Under the pieces are notes generated by a model, which saw only the letters and a program-made list of their open reading frames with translations, did no database searches and had not been told where the DNA came from. The position numbers and the translations under genes were made by a program. Positions 1 through 13,606 of a stretch of 64,000 nt of DNA are shown here, in pieces. The stretch spans positions 21,423,867-21,487,866 of the forward strand of contig OZ316894.1 in NCBI GenBank assembly GCA_973895155.1, read 5' to 3'. Origin of the DNA: Marsupella aquatica. Lineage: Eukaryota; Plantae; Marchantiophyta. Numbering within the stretch: position 1 is the first letter of the stretch; every line of letters begins with the position of its first letter.

Positions 1-139
1 CCCAGTGAGTATGGGAACCTACAGTTGGAGGGGACGAGCTCCGGCAAATCACAAGCCTCCATGTGTCCAAAAACCAATCCCATGCCATCTCAGTTACCCT
101 AGTCCAAGTTAATTCAACCCATCTATGCCGATAATTAAG

Positions 140-270
140 TACTTTTGGGGGGAAGTAAACTAAATCGGGCCAATTTGGGGGATAGGATAGTAAACTAATT
201 TGGACCAGTTTTGGGGGGTTAGGGTAAGTAGTTAACTATTTTGGACCAACTTGGGGGATAGAATAGTAAA
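140..270. repeat. Short degenerate tandem repeat (~40-50 bp units, core AACTA(A/T)TTTGGACCA..TTGGGGG)
   Basis: About three related units visible at 158-270, possibly a transposon-terminal repeat. Confidence 0.5.
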
Positions 271-844
271 AAGCGAAAATTCAAGTTTGCCTCATCAGCA
301 CACCATGAGGTGTGCCAATCCTAGGCCATAAGCTTAAAAAGTAGTACAAGACACTCCAGAACTCCTCTCCTTCCTTTCTTCGTTTCAGAGCCGCATCGAT
401 CACCTTCACTCCCCTTCGTCCCAACGCAAGGCGTTTGTCACCGCTCTTGAAGCAAATTCTGAATCCTCATACTCCGCCTCTTCATACTCCGCAGAATTCC
501 GCAGAATTCGTGTCCGAGTCTCTCCTACCATCCATCCATCCCTGTAGTGCTGTACCCACTGTTGTTGCTCTCTCAGTAACAATCTTCTGTATCTCTGTTG
601 TGTTGTAGACTCTCTGTTTGGGTTGTGTTGGGGAATCAAACCTCTGGGCTCCCATTATTTTGTTGGGTCTTGTGGAGTCGCTGAATTTTCGTGGTTGAGG
701 ATCAGGATCTGGGCAAGTCAACGATTCGCAAACCTCAACGTGCATCCCGTCGAGCGGGCGGCAGACGATGATCAGGATGGGGACGTCAATTTACACCTGT
801 TGTTGCGGAGGATGATGTCGGTAGGATTCATCTGAATAAGATTC

Positions 845-2074
845 AGAAGCGAGGGAAGGAAAAGAGGAAGACGAGAAAGAAGCCTTTGGGTCGACGGTAG
901 TCTTTGAGACCTGTCTTGCCTTATTCTCGACTGCCTGCCTTTTGCAAGCGGAGGAAGAGGAGGAAGAGGAGGACGAGGAGGAAGCAGCAACAGCAGGAGG
1001 GGGAGTAGCAGTCGAAGAAGGACCGGACGGAAGGAGGACGGGAAAGGAATGGAAGGAGCGCAGATTTCGCAACAGAATGCACTCCTCCACAGTGGGCAAC
1101 GACGACCAGGAAGACAACTGGAGAAGTGAGAGTACCGCCAGCAGGACTGGGGAGCGAGGAGGAGGAGGAGGAGACTGTGTCTGCTCGTCGTCGTTGCCGT
1201 GGCGTGATCGAGGTCGCGCTCCTCTCCCCTTCTTCATTGTTCTTGCTGCTGCCGAGGGATTGTGTGATTGCCGATTCTGGTCTGCGATGGTGTGTGAATT
1301 GGACGAATCTTTTGTGCTGGTGTGACTGATGAGGGAGGACGAGGAGAAGATTCTGTTCCTCTTCGTCGTGTGGTTGAGGTCGCGCTCCCATCTCCGTCTT
1401 CGTTTTGGCTGCCTTTGCCTTATGTGTGGTGTGATGATTTTTGTTTGGGGCGGGACGATGTTTGAATTGGTTGAATCTTTGGTTCGTCTCTGCTCCTCGG
1501 CTTGGCTTTTCACATTTGTGATGGCTGGTCGGTTTTGGTGATTTACGTTTTGGAGCGTTGCTGGTGTGTTTGTGTTTGTATTTGTGGGTTGTGTGGATTC
1601 GACTCTTGGGGGAAATGGCAATCTCTGAATTCCATACAGCCCCGCTGTATGTGGAGGGATCGGATTGCGCGACGTGGCATTCGTCCGGCAGTCTGTAATG
1701 TGATTTTGGTTTCCGGGAATGTTCTTCTTCTCCAGCTTCTTACCTTGAAGAATAAATGTATTGTTGAAGCTTAATCGCAAGTAATTGAATTTTCTTCTCA
1801 CATTTATCTCCTCCCTCTGCTTCTTTCTCTTATTCATCTTCTTCGCCATCCTCTTCTCTATGTTCGTGTCCATTTTCCATTGGCTGTCTGAAGAGAAGTG
1901 GGGGACGTGATGGCGGGCGGGGGAAGAGAGAGAGGTACTGCAATTGTAGACTAACTGTTGCGTGTCTGCAGCAGCAGAGAAACTCGTCATGAGCGACTGT
2001 AGGTGGAAGGGAAGAAAATTTTGCATCGGGAGTGAGGACTACGGCAGTGGAAGGTGCTAAGGATGATGGGAATT
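845..2074. repeat. Dispersed duplication, copy A (~1.23 kb), upstream of the PRA1 gene
   Basis: Near-identical to 10718-11980 from AGAAGCGAGGGAAGGA to GATGATGGGAATT; differs by SNPs and small indels. Confidence 0.95.
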
Positions 2075-2150
2075 TTAACTTCAGACACTTTGATGGAGAA
2101 TTAACGTCTTTGCTACCTCACTCGGTCTACGAGGAATTCTTCATGACAGG

Positions 2151-3875
2151 ATGACATTCCAAGTGAATCCGCTATCCCTTTGCTTACCGCAACAAGCATT
2201 CGAAACTTGGCTAAGAGAAAGTGGTCATTTGGAGGTTTTGGACAAGAATGCTTTGGATCCGGCCCTCTTGGGTGGTAACGAGTCAGGCTCCTCAGTTTTG
2301 GTTAAGGCTTTGAAAATTAATCCGTTCAGAACTCTGACTATTGAGGATTGTAGCAAGAGGCCTGTATCGTGGACTGGAGAATTTTTTGACTGTGGGTTAG
2401 GGCCAAGGGGAACATACTCCTACCCTCGGAGCCTTATGCAAGCAAAGCTGAGAATGGAGGAGAACGTGAGGAGATACACAGGCAACTATTTGGTTCTTAC
2501 TTTGATCATCTTCCTCTGCTTTTTGTAAGTTCATTCGTTTCACCTCGCTACTCTTTCAGACATTTAACGTCACTCTCTTGCCTCTCGTGAGAGTATCTAT
2601 AAGAGTCTCTTCCATGCTTACAAACTTAAAAACACCAAAGCCTCGCTTACGTAAGAAGCGCCTATCAATATTTCCTGGTTGGGCTGCATCATCGCAGAAT
2701 GCTTCCCAGTATGTTTAGGTACTTAGTATCTTCAGATATTGTATCATACGGATATCACAACTGTTTTTATATGAGATAGGACTTCGAGCTTTGCCGCTTC
2801 ATATTTCTAGGCTCTGATTGAATTTGACTTCTGTTTGATTTTCTGTCTGCGAGCTCAGTTGATAAAACCGTTTACTGTTAGCTATTGCCCTGACCTTTTC
2901 TCCGACTTGTTGTCCTACAAGTTGAGCTGACGCCTGTCTTCATGGGTTACCATGCATTTCGGCGATCTTAAGAGGATGGTTTGTATGTTCAACAGGTACA
3001 AAATGCCTCTTGCACTTCTGGGAATCCTTTCTGTCCTAGCACTCTGGGATACTTTGAGAGTTTACATTAATTCAAGGGGACTCAGATTGGACAGCTTCCA
3101 ATGTCGATGTCTGCAAGTATTTGGCAACGGAGGTGAGTTGTTCTCCATGCTTCAAAATTTGTAAAGCTTTGAAAATTAGTGCGTGCATATATCACACTGT
3201 GAAACTGAAATCTTTCCAATAGTTTGGCTAAGGGCTACTGTAGGTTATTTCCCGTATCTCACCAGGGAGGCTTGATTTTGTAACCTATGTAACTATTCAT
3301 TTTGAGTCATTTGATTCCTGTTCTCTTTGTGTCCATTTCGAATCCTGAGTGAGCTACTGAGGCATTCTCATTGGATGTGTCGTCTGGCTGACAGCTACTA
3401 TGTTCATGCTGGTGTACTGTAAAGTGGCGATAGCGTTTACTTTAGCCGGATTTACAAGCCTTTTGGGTAAGGTTCTTCGCGATAATTGATGTCTTTTGTT
3501 GTACAGCATAGTTCTGTTTCATTAACATTGGGTTCGTCATAGAGCTTTCCAAATGCACTGTCAATTTTGTCTGTTTGTCGGGAACGAGTTGTCAAACTCC
3601 CCTCTTTCTTTCCTCTTTTTGTTTTGGGTTCTGTTTATACTCTCCTGCCCTTTTTTTTCCATCCTTTTTCCCTTGTTGTGTGCATTTGAAGCGGAAGTTG
3701 TTGCAGAGCTTTGATCTTTCTCAGATTCTGTTTATTAGCAATTTTGGAGTAACTGTTTTGTTCCTATTACCAGAGCCTGATCGATGATTTGTTTTGCTTG
3801 GTGACAGTTGTTATTCTCCACAGTTCTTTGCGAAGGATTACCGCCGTAAAAACCACTTCCAGGGTTCTGCAGTAA
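2151..3875 (+). CDS. PRA1.H: Prenylated Rab acceptor 1 family protein, PRA1.H-like; exons ~2151-2524, 2996-3132, 3395-3467, 3808-3875
   Basis: MTFQVNPLSL..AFETWLRESGHLE..INPF..WTGEFFDCG..YSYP..AKLRMEENVRRYTGNY, then YKMPLALLG, hydrophobic helices and terminal VVILHSSLRR. GT-AG introns keep the frame; TAA at 3873-3875. Confidence 0.88.
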
Positions 3876-5175
3876 GAAATTGGAGGCTTTTACACATCGG
3901 CTGTCAAAATGATAGAATGATAAAAGACTCTCACAACCGGTAATATCACTCACATGATATTTTTGTAGTGGAGCAGGAGTGAATTTTGGAATTTGAGTTG
4001 GTTCGAGGCGTGCAATCCTTTGTGAGATGGCCGTGATAATTACAATCAATTGCAGGGAATGTGCCTAAACCAAGAGGCTTTCGTCGTACAATAGAATGAG
4101 AAAGTATGTGTTGGTTGACAGCAACTATTGTGTCCAGCATTTATCATGGCTTGACTGCCAGTTCAAGCAGAGTTGTAAAAAAATCGGGATGTGGAGAGGA
4201 CAAACCCCTCAAGGTGTAGATTATCTAATACGCAGCAAGTGATTTTCTCAACTGATGATGCTTGGAACCCTTTTGGAGATATATATTCGTGTGCTTCAGT
4301 GTGTGAACAGGAAATTGTTTTTGGTCCTCCTGGTGTCTTACTTGTACGAAAAAGGTCATCTATTACTCTGTGGTTATCATTCCACTGCCGTTGAAGGGAA
4401 ACAAGTTTTTCAAGAGATGATATTGAACAGAAGGCAAATTGTATAGCTTAGTGACAGATAATCGTGTTCCAGGTTCAGGGTTGAATTTGTGGTAGGAAAA
4501 TGAGTTTCCAGGAACCATGTGATACTCTATGGTTTATGTAAAGTTGGATGACCTGCTTGAGAGTGGTGATGAAATATCACAAGGAGGACTACGACCTGTC
4601 ATAATATGCTCCCATGTTAGGGCAGTAAAGAGTTAAAGAGCTTATGAGCTTATCAAGAGGTTAGCAGGCATGCACCTCTGTTTTATGGAGTGCACACGGA
4701 GACATTAGGATTCATAATTTCGTATTATACTTTTTTTTAAAACTTTAACCAGTATACGAACCACTGGTCTTGTTAAATTATTCAATTGGTGTAATACATT
4801 TCCACAGGGTTGAGGTGAAGTAATTTTCCACCTGCCAAGTCAAGGAATTCATTAAATTGACAAGATCGAATTCAAGAAGAGACCTCTCATTTGCATGCTT
4901 AAAAGAGATGCTCGACTAGCCTTTGCCTCCAACGATGTCAAGTGTTTCTTTATTTGACTCTCAGTATCCAGTAATGAAATGAAATTTCAAGGCAGAATTA
5001 GAGCCAATCCAAGTTGCATAGGGACACGATAAGCAGCATTTCGAGGACAGTGACAGAATTCACCAAAGTGAAAACCGAACAACTTTGGGGCTTGCAACTC
5101 TGGTAGGAATTTTTCATGTATTGACACAAGGTCCCTCAACTGATAGAAGTCAAGCGCAGGCAGGAGAGGCCGATG

Positions 5176-5278
5176 GATGTCACCCTTAGGAGCCGGAGTG
5201 ATAAGCACATAATGACTAGCCAGGAGATATCACCCTTAGGAGCCTGAGTGATCAACCTATAATGACTGGACTGGAGAT
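5176..5278. repeat. Two ~50-bp direct repeats (GAT(G/A)TCACCCTTAGGAGCC.GAGTGAT..ATAATGACT)
   Basis: Directly visible adjacent imperfect repeat. Confidence 0.7.
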
Positions 5279-6271
5279 GACCAGATTAGCATAAGAAATT
5301 GACAAAGGAATCACGTGCATTGCCTGCCTAAAATGACCATGCAGCCCACTTACACAAGGGAGCCTGGTCATCCTAAGTAAGGACTGAAGTCAGCCAGATT
5401 TATGTGCCAGATTTCAACAACACCCCCCCCCCCCCCCAACTTTTCTTTTCGAGCAAGGGTGACAAAAGAGCATATGATGACTACCACAAGTGTAAACGAG
5501 GCACAATAATATTGATTGGAGAATTTGTTATCAACCAAAGACTATGAAACTATGCTTGCTATACACATAGCACAAGAAGTCTGAAATGCAACCATCAAAA
5601 AAGACCAGCATTGCAAGATCAATCACTATAATATGGGAATCCCGTCCAAAAGGAGTAGTAATCCATTTCCATATTATAGCTACATCATTCTTGTGCTTCA
5701 CTATTTTAACTTATTGAAAAAAATTTGTACTATCATTTCTAAATTTATTAAAATACAAATTTTTGCATAAGATAATGGAGATATAAAGCAACCATAAAAC
5801 TTGCAATTATGAAGAGCATGTGAATTGAAGCCCATTGAAAAATCTCAAACTCTTTGCCCAGGACAGGGAGGCGCCGGCCAAGAGGAGGTTGTTGGTCATG
5901 GAAATGTCAGAATGATTTCTATGTTAAATCTAATTAAGGTATAACTTTTGTTGAATACATCTATGTGATAGAGTGGTAGAGGAGTTCAGTTTGAAACTTG
6001 AGGTCAAGAGTTCAAATCTGTAATAGTTTCTTTTCCCTCCAATTAACAGCAGAGAAAAGGTGGCACAGAAATAAATAAACTTAAGAGGGTTCAATCAATT
6101 TCTACATTGAAATAATAAATGGAATATATATGGAGGGTTCAAGTAATTCACACATACAAAAAAAATACAAGGAAGCCAGCCATGGGAGGCCCAAATTAAA
6201 ATTAAAATAATCACCAAAACAAATTGGAGTTGGGAGACTGAAACAGTGATGTACCATAAAGGGAAGTTGGA

Positions 6272-6450
6272 AAATTTTGACTTTTGGATGGAATCCATAA
6301 TAGCCTTCAGATTCATTGTGTCACTTTCTTGCCGCATGGGATTATCAGAAAATGGGGCACAATTTGACTTTTGGAGGGAATCCATAATTATAGCCTTCAA
6401 ATTTATTGTGTCACTTTCTTGGGCCCTAGGATTGTCAAAAATGGGGCAGG
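6272..6450. repeat. Two ~88-bp imperfect tandem units (TTTGACTTTTGGA.GGAATCCATAAT..GTGTCACTTTCTTG..AAAATGGGGCA)
   Basis: Directly visible; also explains the repeated peptide in ORF 6095..6523. Confidence 0.75.
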
Positions 6451-6929
6451 CTATAAGCTTAAGCAAAATATATACAAATATATCCCCAGGAATGCATCCT
6501 ATACAGGTGTAGTCTACACTCAATCAATAGTGGTTAGGGAGAGGCAAAGAAGCATGAACACCATTTTTCTCTTTTAAATCCTTTTTCCTTCTGGGAGAGC
6601 TTTTGCCTTTTTTCCAATTTTGAATTTCTTTAGTTGGGGAGACAGTTTTTTTAGGGTTTGTAATTAATTATTGTTTTTTAGGATACCATATTATTTTGTT
6701 TTTGGTTGGTTGTTGTGTGGTGGGGCTGTTTTTGCTTTTAAGGATAAAACGGGCAACTTTGTTTAAGGTGCGACTATTTTTGGCACATTTGTTGAACTTG
6801 CGTGTGTTTGGGTTGGTTGTTGCATATATGTGCTGAGGTGGAACGTGATCTTGCCCCCCCTAGCCTTGACTCTCTTCAGTCTCTCATCATTGTGTGATCC
6901 CTCCTAGTTACATAACAATCTCTTTTTGT

Positions 6930-7155
6930 CCACATCACCTTTTGCACAATGACATCTTTTATGCAACAACTTTTGTGCGAAGTATGGGTATTGAGCCTTG
7001 CCTAATGGTTGGCAGTATTGGCCTGCATCTTGACATTGTTGCCTCACCCCAACATCTTTATCTCACATTGACATCTAAAACCACCTTGACATTTTTGCGT
7101 TGCCTCGACATCTTTGCCTCACCTTGGCTAACTTCTTGTCTCACCTTGACTTCTT
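6930..7155 (-). repeat. Cluster of GACATCTTT/TTGACAT motifs (probable DNA-transposon subterminal repeats)
   Basis: The reverse-complement motif AAAGATGTC is clustered at 51555-51840. Confidence 0.45.
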
Positions 7156-7298
7156 TAGTGCAAGGCACGTGCAGGCATTGGGCTAGACAGTTCATTCATA
7201 TTTTTGCAGTTGGCAATGATGAGTTTAATGTCAATACTTATGCAAATTCCTCATAGGTTGCTGCTGTCAACAGTGGGGTCAATTGATTTGGCTGCAGG

Positions 7299-7407
7299 AG
7301 AACATGGTCCGGACATGGCAAGGACCCATCACATGCAGATCAATTTGAAGAACATGGTCCGGACATGGCAAGGACCCGTCACATGCAGATCAATTTGAAG
7401 AACATGG
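7299..7407. repeat. 50-bp tandem duplication (2 copies plus partial)
   Basis: 7301-7350 and 7351-7400 differ by one base. Confidence 0.9.
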
Positions 7408-7829
7408 ACATACAGCTGACCCGACAGCTAAAGTCATCTAGCTCCCAGTGACAATAGCTACTTCAAGTGATCTGAGACAATCCAAGTGATTTGAGACAAT
7501 CCACACCAAACTTCCAATTCAAAAACCTTAAATTCCCCCTTAATGAGATGCCTCCAAGATGCTAATATGAAGTAATCGTAATGGGATTTTGACCAGGCAT
7601 CTACTTGTCAAATGTGAATGTGAGCCTGACTTTAGAGAGAATATTAAATTCAAGTAGTTTAGAACTAGAGGAGAGGCTGAGGAGTGTATTTGGATCGACA
7701 AACTAATATGCTAGGAAGGAGTGTACTTGGATCCACAAACTAATTTGCTAGGAAGAACTGGCGGTTGGCCAATGTATTAGTATACTGCCATCAGGACTGC
7801 CATTTTTCATTCAAGAGGAGCTCAAGTGT

Positions 7830-8080
7830 GGTCTCCAATCCAGGTTTTTGCTTGTTGCCTTTGGCCAGCACTTGGGCCTTGCAATTGTGCCTGATGTTTC
7901 CTGCATGGTCTACTTTTGTCTTGAGTATCTGTTTGGTCAAGAGACATTTCTCATCAAATAGTAGGTCTACTAGTTTTCATGTACCATTTTTAACTATTGT
8001 GAGCATCCATCTCTATTTTCATAGCATTATTTCACTTGAGAGAAACTGAAAAGAGTGCCCTGCTCAAAAGTTATCCTCCA
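7830..8080 (-). mobile_element. Degenerate Ty1/Copia reverse-transcriptase N-terminal fragment
   Basis: Minus-strand reading with stops and a frameshift: NNAMKIEMDA..KNGT*KLVDL..TKQILKTKVDHAGNIRHNCKAQVLAKGNKQKPGL, matching the Copia pattern AMxxEMxSL.KNxTWxLVxLP..KWVFKxK..GxxxRYKARLVAKGxxQxPG. Confidence 0.65.
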
Positions 8081-9978
8081 GTGAGGTATTTTCTATCCTG
8101 GGTTGGATGGGGCTATCCTTCTGTCCCACCCAAACATACCTACAGCTGACCCTGACTCCACTGTAACTATCTGGAACCCTACCAGTATCCTTGTCATGGC
8201 AAACATAGTTGGGAAAACTTAGTACTAACATTCTCCTTGAGGGTTGTGTCCAGGCTTCAATTGAAGGTGGATCGCCCCTGGTGTAGGGCCCTTCCTAGGG
8301 ATTTGGATAAGCCCACAATAATTGAGGCACAACAAAGTATTAATGGCTACACCTTGTACCACATCTGGCACACATCTTGGGCGAGATCTTGGGTATTAGA
8401 CCTATCTAGTGTCCTTCCATTTTGTCATGAGGTTGTGATGACCTCTTGCTGAGTTATTACTCGGTGGGTGATGGCACGGTCAGCCCTGTGATCAACAGCG
8501 TTTGGCCCCTTCTTTTAATTGTCATCCCATTTTTTTGCATCATCATTATTTTTGGTATTCAAAATTTTGAGTTCTGGATAAACAAAGCCACACTTTTGTA
8601 CATTCAGAACAAAAATTTGTTGCAAAATAATTAAATATAATGGATTCCCAAAATCAGAATGTACCTTTAAGTCCAATTTTAATGTGTACATAAACCAACC
8701 AAGTTCTTTAAATTCTGCTTAATGTCCTTGCAACTATGTATTTACACATCTATAACTTCAATTTACAGTGTACTAGCTTAGGTGCCTATCGATGGTTCAT
8801 AATACCCTGGCCACTCCGCACTCCCCCCTTCCCTCCCCACTTTCCCTCCAATTATGAACATGATTAAAAGAAGAAGAAAAATTAACCCTGCCAAAGAAAA
8901 AACAAAATTCTATTCCATAGCAAAAAGCCAAAAAACTCTCAAATGTACTTGACTGTCAAGTAATTAATACATGCCCAGAAAACAATATATTTTATGTATT
9001 AGCATATAGTGTACGCGCCATGTGTACCATAAACCCTCCTATACAAGTAACTATGTCATTCCCTTGGGCAGGCTTCCGCTTTCAGTAAACACAAGTGTCA
9101 AAACCTTAGTAAACATTAGAGTACTCTCTTTTCCCCTCCTTTCTCAAGTTTGTAAACTTTGCACACAATGACACCATGGAGGGATCTTGGTAGGTCCAGA
9201 CCCATCCTTTATTATATTTGTAACATTGTAGTGTACTATGGATAAGAATAAATGATTTAAATAAAAATTATCATAATCTCGATTGGGAGAATGAGATTCT
9301 GACCAAGAATCCTGAGTTGTTCTAGAAAATGTTGAAGCTGCCAATGTCTAGTTTGATTGTAAGAACTAACATGATGGGGAATTTGTTCCATAATTGTAGT
9401 GTGACAATCAAATTTGTTGAACAACCCGGTATAGAGGAAGACGAAGAGAAAAGTGTAGCTCCAGGTTAATTCTTTGAGTTATTGATACTCCACTGAGACA
9501 GAACTGTCCAATAACAATGTACCTACCTTTTGGGTTAATTAGAATTCTAATCCCCTCTGATTAAATTGAATTATTTTAGAGATGTGTCCTTGTCTTTGCT
9601 TTTGAAGTTGTGTGATCCATGCCACATTCCATCCAATTTGGTCCAAGAAATCAATATTTCAAAAAAATTTCCTTTGACAATTCATTAGCACTCAGCTGAT
9701 GAAAGAGAATTTTCCATCCAACCATTCATAAAATTCAACATCAAAAAAGATACGTTGTCCATCTAGCAAGCTATCGTGAAACTCTATACACATAAGATGA
9801 CTTTTCCTGCCATTTCCCATCTGACCATTACGGGACTCCGTAGACACATTATGGATTTTCATTCAGGACTCCCTTAGCTCATGCAGAAGTTCTCTTAAAC
9901 CGTTAAGTTATCCCTATTATAGTACTAGGGCCTAATTCCATATGATTCATTTCTTTATAATGTATTAGTGATTGAGGG

Positions 9979-10550
9979 TGTTGCATGACTGTGGTTGGCC
10001 CGACAGCCCAGACAACTACCACATATATTCATGAAAAATACTATTATACATCATACTCTGACTACCGCGTACCTTGGACCTACTGCATGGTGCTGCATCT
10101 GACTGTGGTCGGCCTGACACCCCTTTCAACTACTACATAGTTCATTATGTATCTTGATGAAGGATACTACTATATTGGGTACTCTGGGTACTCTGACTAC
10201 CCTGGACCTATTGGATGGTGCTGCATATGACTATGGTTGGCCCGACAGCCCTTTCAGCTACTACGTAGTGTGGTATGTATCTTAGTGAAGGATACTAATG
10301 TACATGGTACTCTGACCACCCCAGAGCTACTATGTTGTGCTGCATATGACTATGGTCGGCCTGACATCCCTTTCAGCTACTATGTAGTATAGTATGTATC
10401 TTAGTGAAGGATACTAATGTACATGGTACTCTGACTACCCCGGAGCTACTGTGTTGTGTTGCATATGACTGTGGTCGGCCTTACAGCCCTTTCAGCTACT
10501 ACAGTAGGTAGTATGGTACGTATATTCATGAAGGACACTACTGTACGTAT
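9979..10550. repeat. ~120-bp minisatellite, about 5 units
   Basis: Recurring TGCTGCATATGACT(G/A)TGGT(C/T)GGCC.GACA.CCCTTTCAGCTACTA..GTATCTTAGTGAAGGATACTA..GGTACTCTGACTACC. Confidence 0.9.
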
Positions 10551-10584
10551 ATCGTACAGTCAATGCGTACAACCTCGTCTCGTT

Positions 10585-10632
10585 TTTCTGTCTCTCTCTC
10601 GTTCGTTCGTTCGTTCGTTCGTTCCTTTCTTC
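10585..10632 (+). promoter_or_regulatory. TC/(GTTC)n pyrimidine-rich tract, candidate transcription-start region of the UPL6-like gene
   Basis: (TC)n plus (GTTC)6; such Y-patches are typical near plant TSSs. Functional role is inference. Confidence 0.3.
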
Positions 10633-10717
10633 GTCAATGGTCGGGAGCTCGGGACGAAGCATCGATGGAATGCTCCCACAAGAGGAGACGGCGGTAGGGG
10701 AAGAGGAGGGTCGAGAG

Positions 10718-11980
10718 AGAAGCGAGGGAAGGAAACGAGGAAGACGAGAAAGAAGCCTTTGGGTCGACGGTAGTCTTTGAGACCTGCCTTGCCTTTCTCT
10801 CGACTGCCTGCCTTTTGCAAGCGGAGGAAGAGGAGGAAGAGGAGGACGAGGAGGAAGCAGCAAACAGCAGGAGGGGGAGTAGCAGTCGAAGAAGGACCGG
10901 ACGGAAGGAGGACCGGAAAGGAATGGAAGAAGCGCAGATTTCGTAACAGAATGCACTCCTCCACAGTGGGCAACGACGACCAGGAAGACGACTGGAGAAG
11001 TGAGAGTACCGCCAGCAGGACTGGGGAGCGAGGAGGAGGAGGAGGAGGAGGAGGAGGAGGAGGAGACTGTGTCTGCTCGTCGTCGTTGCCGTGGCGTGAT
11101 CGAGGTCGCGCTCCTCTCCCCTTCTTCATTGTTCTTGCTGCTGCCGAGGGATTGTGTGATTGCCGATTCTGGTCTGCGATGGTGTGTGAATTGGACGAAT
11201 CTTTTGTGCTGGTGTGACTGATGAGGGAGGAGGACGAGGAGAAGATTCTGCTCCTCTTCGTCGTGTGGTTGAGGTCGCGCTCCCTTCTCCGTCTTCGTTT
11301 TGGCTGCCTTTGCCTTATGTGTGGTGTGATGATTTCTGTTTGGGGCAGGACGATGTTTGAATTGGTTGAATCTTTGGTTCGTCTCTGCTCCTCGGCGTGG
11401 CTTTTCACATTTGTGATGGCCGGTCGGTTTTGGTGATTTACGTTTTGGTGCGTTGCTCTCTGTGTGTTGGTGTGTTGGTGTTTGTATTTGTGGGTTGTGT
11501 GGATTCGACTCTTGGGGGAAATGGCAATCGCTGAATTCAATGCAGCCCTGCTGTATGTGGAGGGATCGGATTGCGCGACGTGGCATTCGTCCGGCAGTGT
11601 GTAGTGTGATTTTGGTTTCCGGGAATGTTCTTCGTCTCCAGCTTCTTACCTTGAAGAATAAATGTATTGTTGAAGCTTAATCGCAAGTAATTGAATTTTC
11701 TTCTCACATTTATCTCCTCCCTCTGCTTCTTTCTCTTATCCATCTTCTTCGCCATCCTCTTTTCTATGTTCCTGTCCATCTTCCATTGGCTGTCTGAAGA
11801 GGGGAGGGGGACGTGATGGCGGGCGGGGGCAGAGAGAGAGGTGCTGCAATTGTAGACTAACTGTTGCGTGTCTGCAGCAGCAGAGAAACTCGTCATGAGC
11901 GACTGTAGGTGGAAGGGAAGAAAATTTTGCATCGGGAGTGAGGACTACGGCAGTGGAAGGTGCTAAGGATGATGGGAATT
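10718..11980. repeat. Dispersed duplication, copy B (~1.26 kb), probably the 5' leader of the UPL6-like gene
   Basis: Matches 845-2074; has a longer GGA run (11030-11064). Confidence 0.95.
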
Positions 11981-13606
11981 CACGTAGGATACAGCCGGAT
12001 TAGACTGCGCACTGGGAAGATGATGATGAGCAGGAGATTGGGACTGCGGACGGAGCCTTTCCACAGGACTGGTGACCAGATAACGGACGTTCACGCTGCC
12101 GTCAACTTATAGAAGGTTTGATTTCTTCTGCCTCGAATGGAATGCTGGCCTTCTACGCTTTGTAATGTAGTATGCTGTCGGGGTCCCACACTGTTCACTT
12201 TGTTTCAGAGTTGGCTATCGAAGTGGTATCAACAGTTACTAGTGGGAGATGGTTGAATATCATCGCCATCATGCGAATGCTTGCAATGTCTGTCTTTCTT
12301 CATGCTCGACTTTCGTCTGAATTCGAACTCGATTCAGTACAAGTTGCGTTCGCCTTCAGTTCATCGTCATGAGTGCTAGCTGTACTTGACTTCGTCCACC
12401 CCTCGTGCCACCGCAATTGCTGTACGTGGCTCTGCCTGACCTGACTTGATGTCCTAAATATGGTATATATCCTAGTGATTATGGATTCCGACTTTGTTCT
12501 CCCTCATGTTCCGATTGCCTGTCCTTTCAATCCTTCGCCAAATTGGCCGTAGGGATCTATGGATCGCTGCTATTATAGTCCGGTAGACTAGGGATTGCCC
12601 TCACCGTTGGTTTGCGGATTGAATGTTGTATACACTGTTCTCGCAGTTCATTTGAGTCTAAGCGTCCCCTTCCAGCATAGCGAAAAAAAGGCAATCTATC
12701 GTACCGTATGGAAGGTCTCGTGCATCTCTCCTCGAGAACACCATCCCTCAGAAGAGCAACTACGCGTATAGAGATACCTCTCAAGTTTATTGCGGTGCCT
12801 TTCACCCTGCCATTTGCCCTAGTTTGTCTGTATAAACTCAATGGCCTGTATGCGGAGTTTCCTTGGGGTTGGTGAAGCTTTGGGCATTGATTACGGATGT
12901 CCCTACTGCAACCAGTTTTAACCCCGCTATCGTCTTACACAGAACTGCGACCTTCTCTTTCGTGTGCAAGCAGACTGGTGTTTCTGTGTTCTTTCTTTCA
13001 ATTGAGATCTATGCCACCTAGTACACTCATCATTCGTGGGCGCAAACTGACCCGCAGCCCGAAACCCTAATATGTCGGAAGTATAGGTTCATGATAGGTT
13101 AATGATCACCATGAAAGAGTTTTCTTCATCATGAAGTTGCTTGCGTTACTCCAGAGACTGTTTGCACATTTCTACAGGAGCAGTGCAGTGCTAACAACCA
13201 ATCTTATCCGAGAATTGATACAGTAGACATGAATTGCATGCAGCCATTATGCAAAGTTTCTTTTAGGTTCGCGTAGGTGTGGTTGTACGAGAGAATTGCT
13301 GGACGAGAAATGATGGAGTCGTGGAGGCATAAAGAATGAGGACTGATTGGTGTGTTTGTTGCGGCAGATTCTGGTCGCTTATAGCCCAAAGAATACTAGC
13401 TGGGAAATAGGTTGGCAACAGAATGGTGTGAGGTGAAACATCACACTGTGTGGAAGGAAGTTGTTCCAGAGGCCACGGTGGGCAGTAGAATGGGAAACAG
13501 TGAGTCACTAATCATAATTCCGGAGGAATTCTTGCAATCCAATTTGCGGCAAAAGCTGGTTCATTAGATGTCCAACAAGCAATATACGAGTGGAAGACTG
13601 TAAAGC

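Noticed and set aside
791-2026. 411-aa minus-strand ORF, and the 364/326-aa ORFs at 10492-11586
   Set aside because: Low-complexity translation with no domain; the frame is not preserved between the two duplicate copies, so most likely antisense of UTR-like sequence
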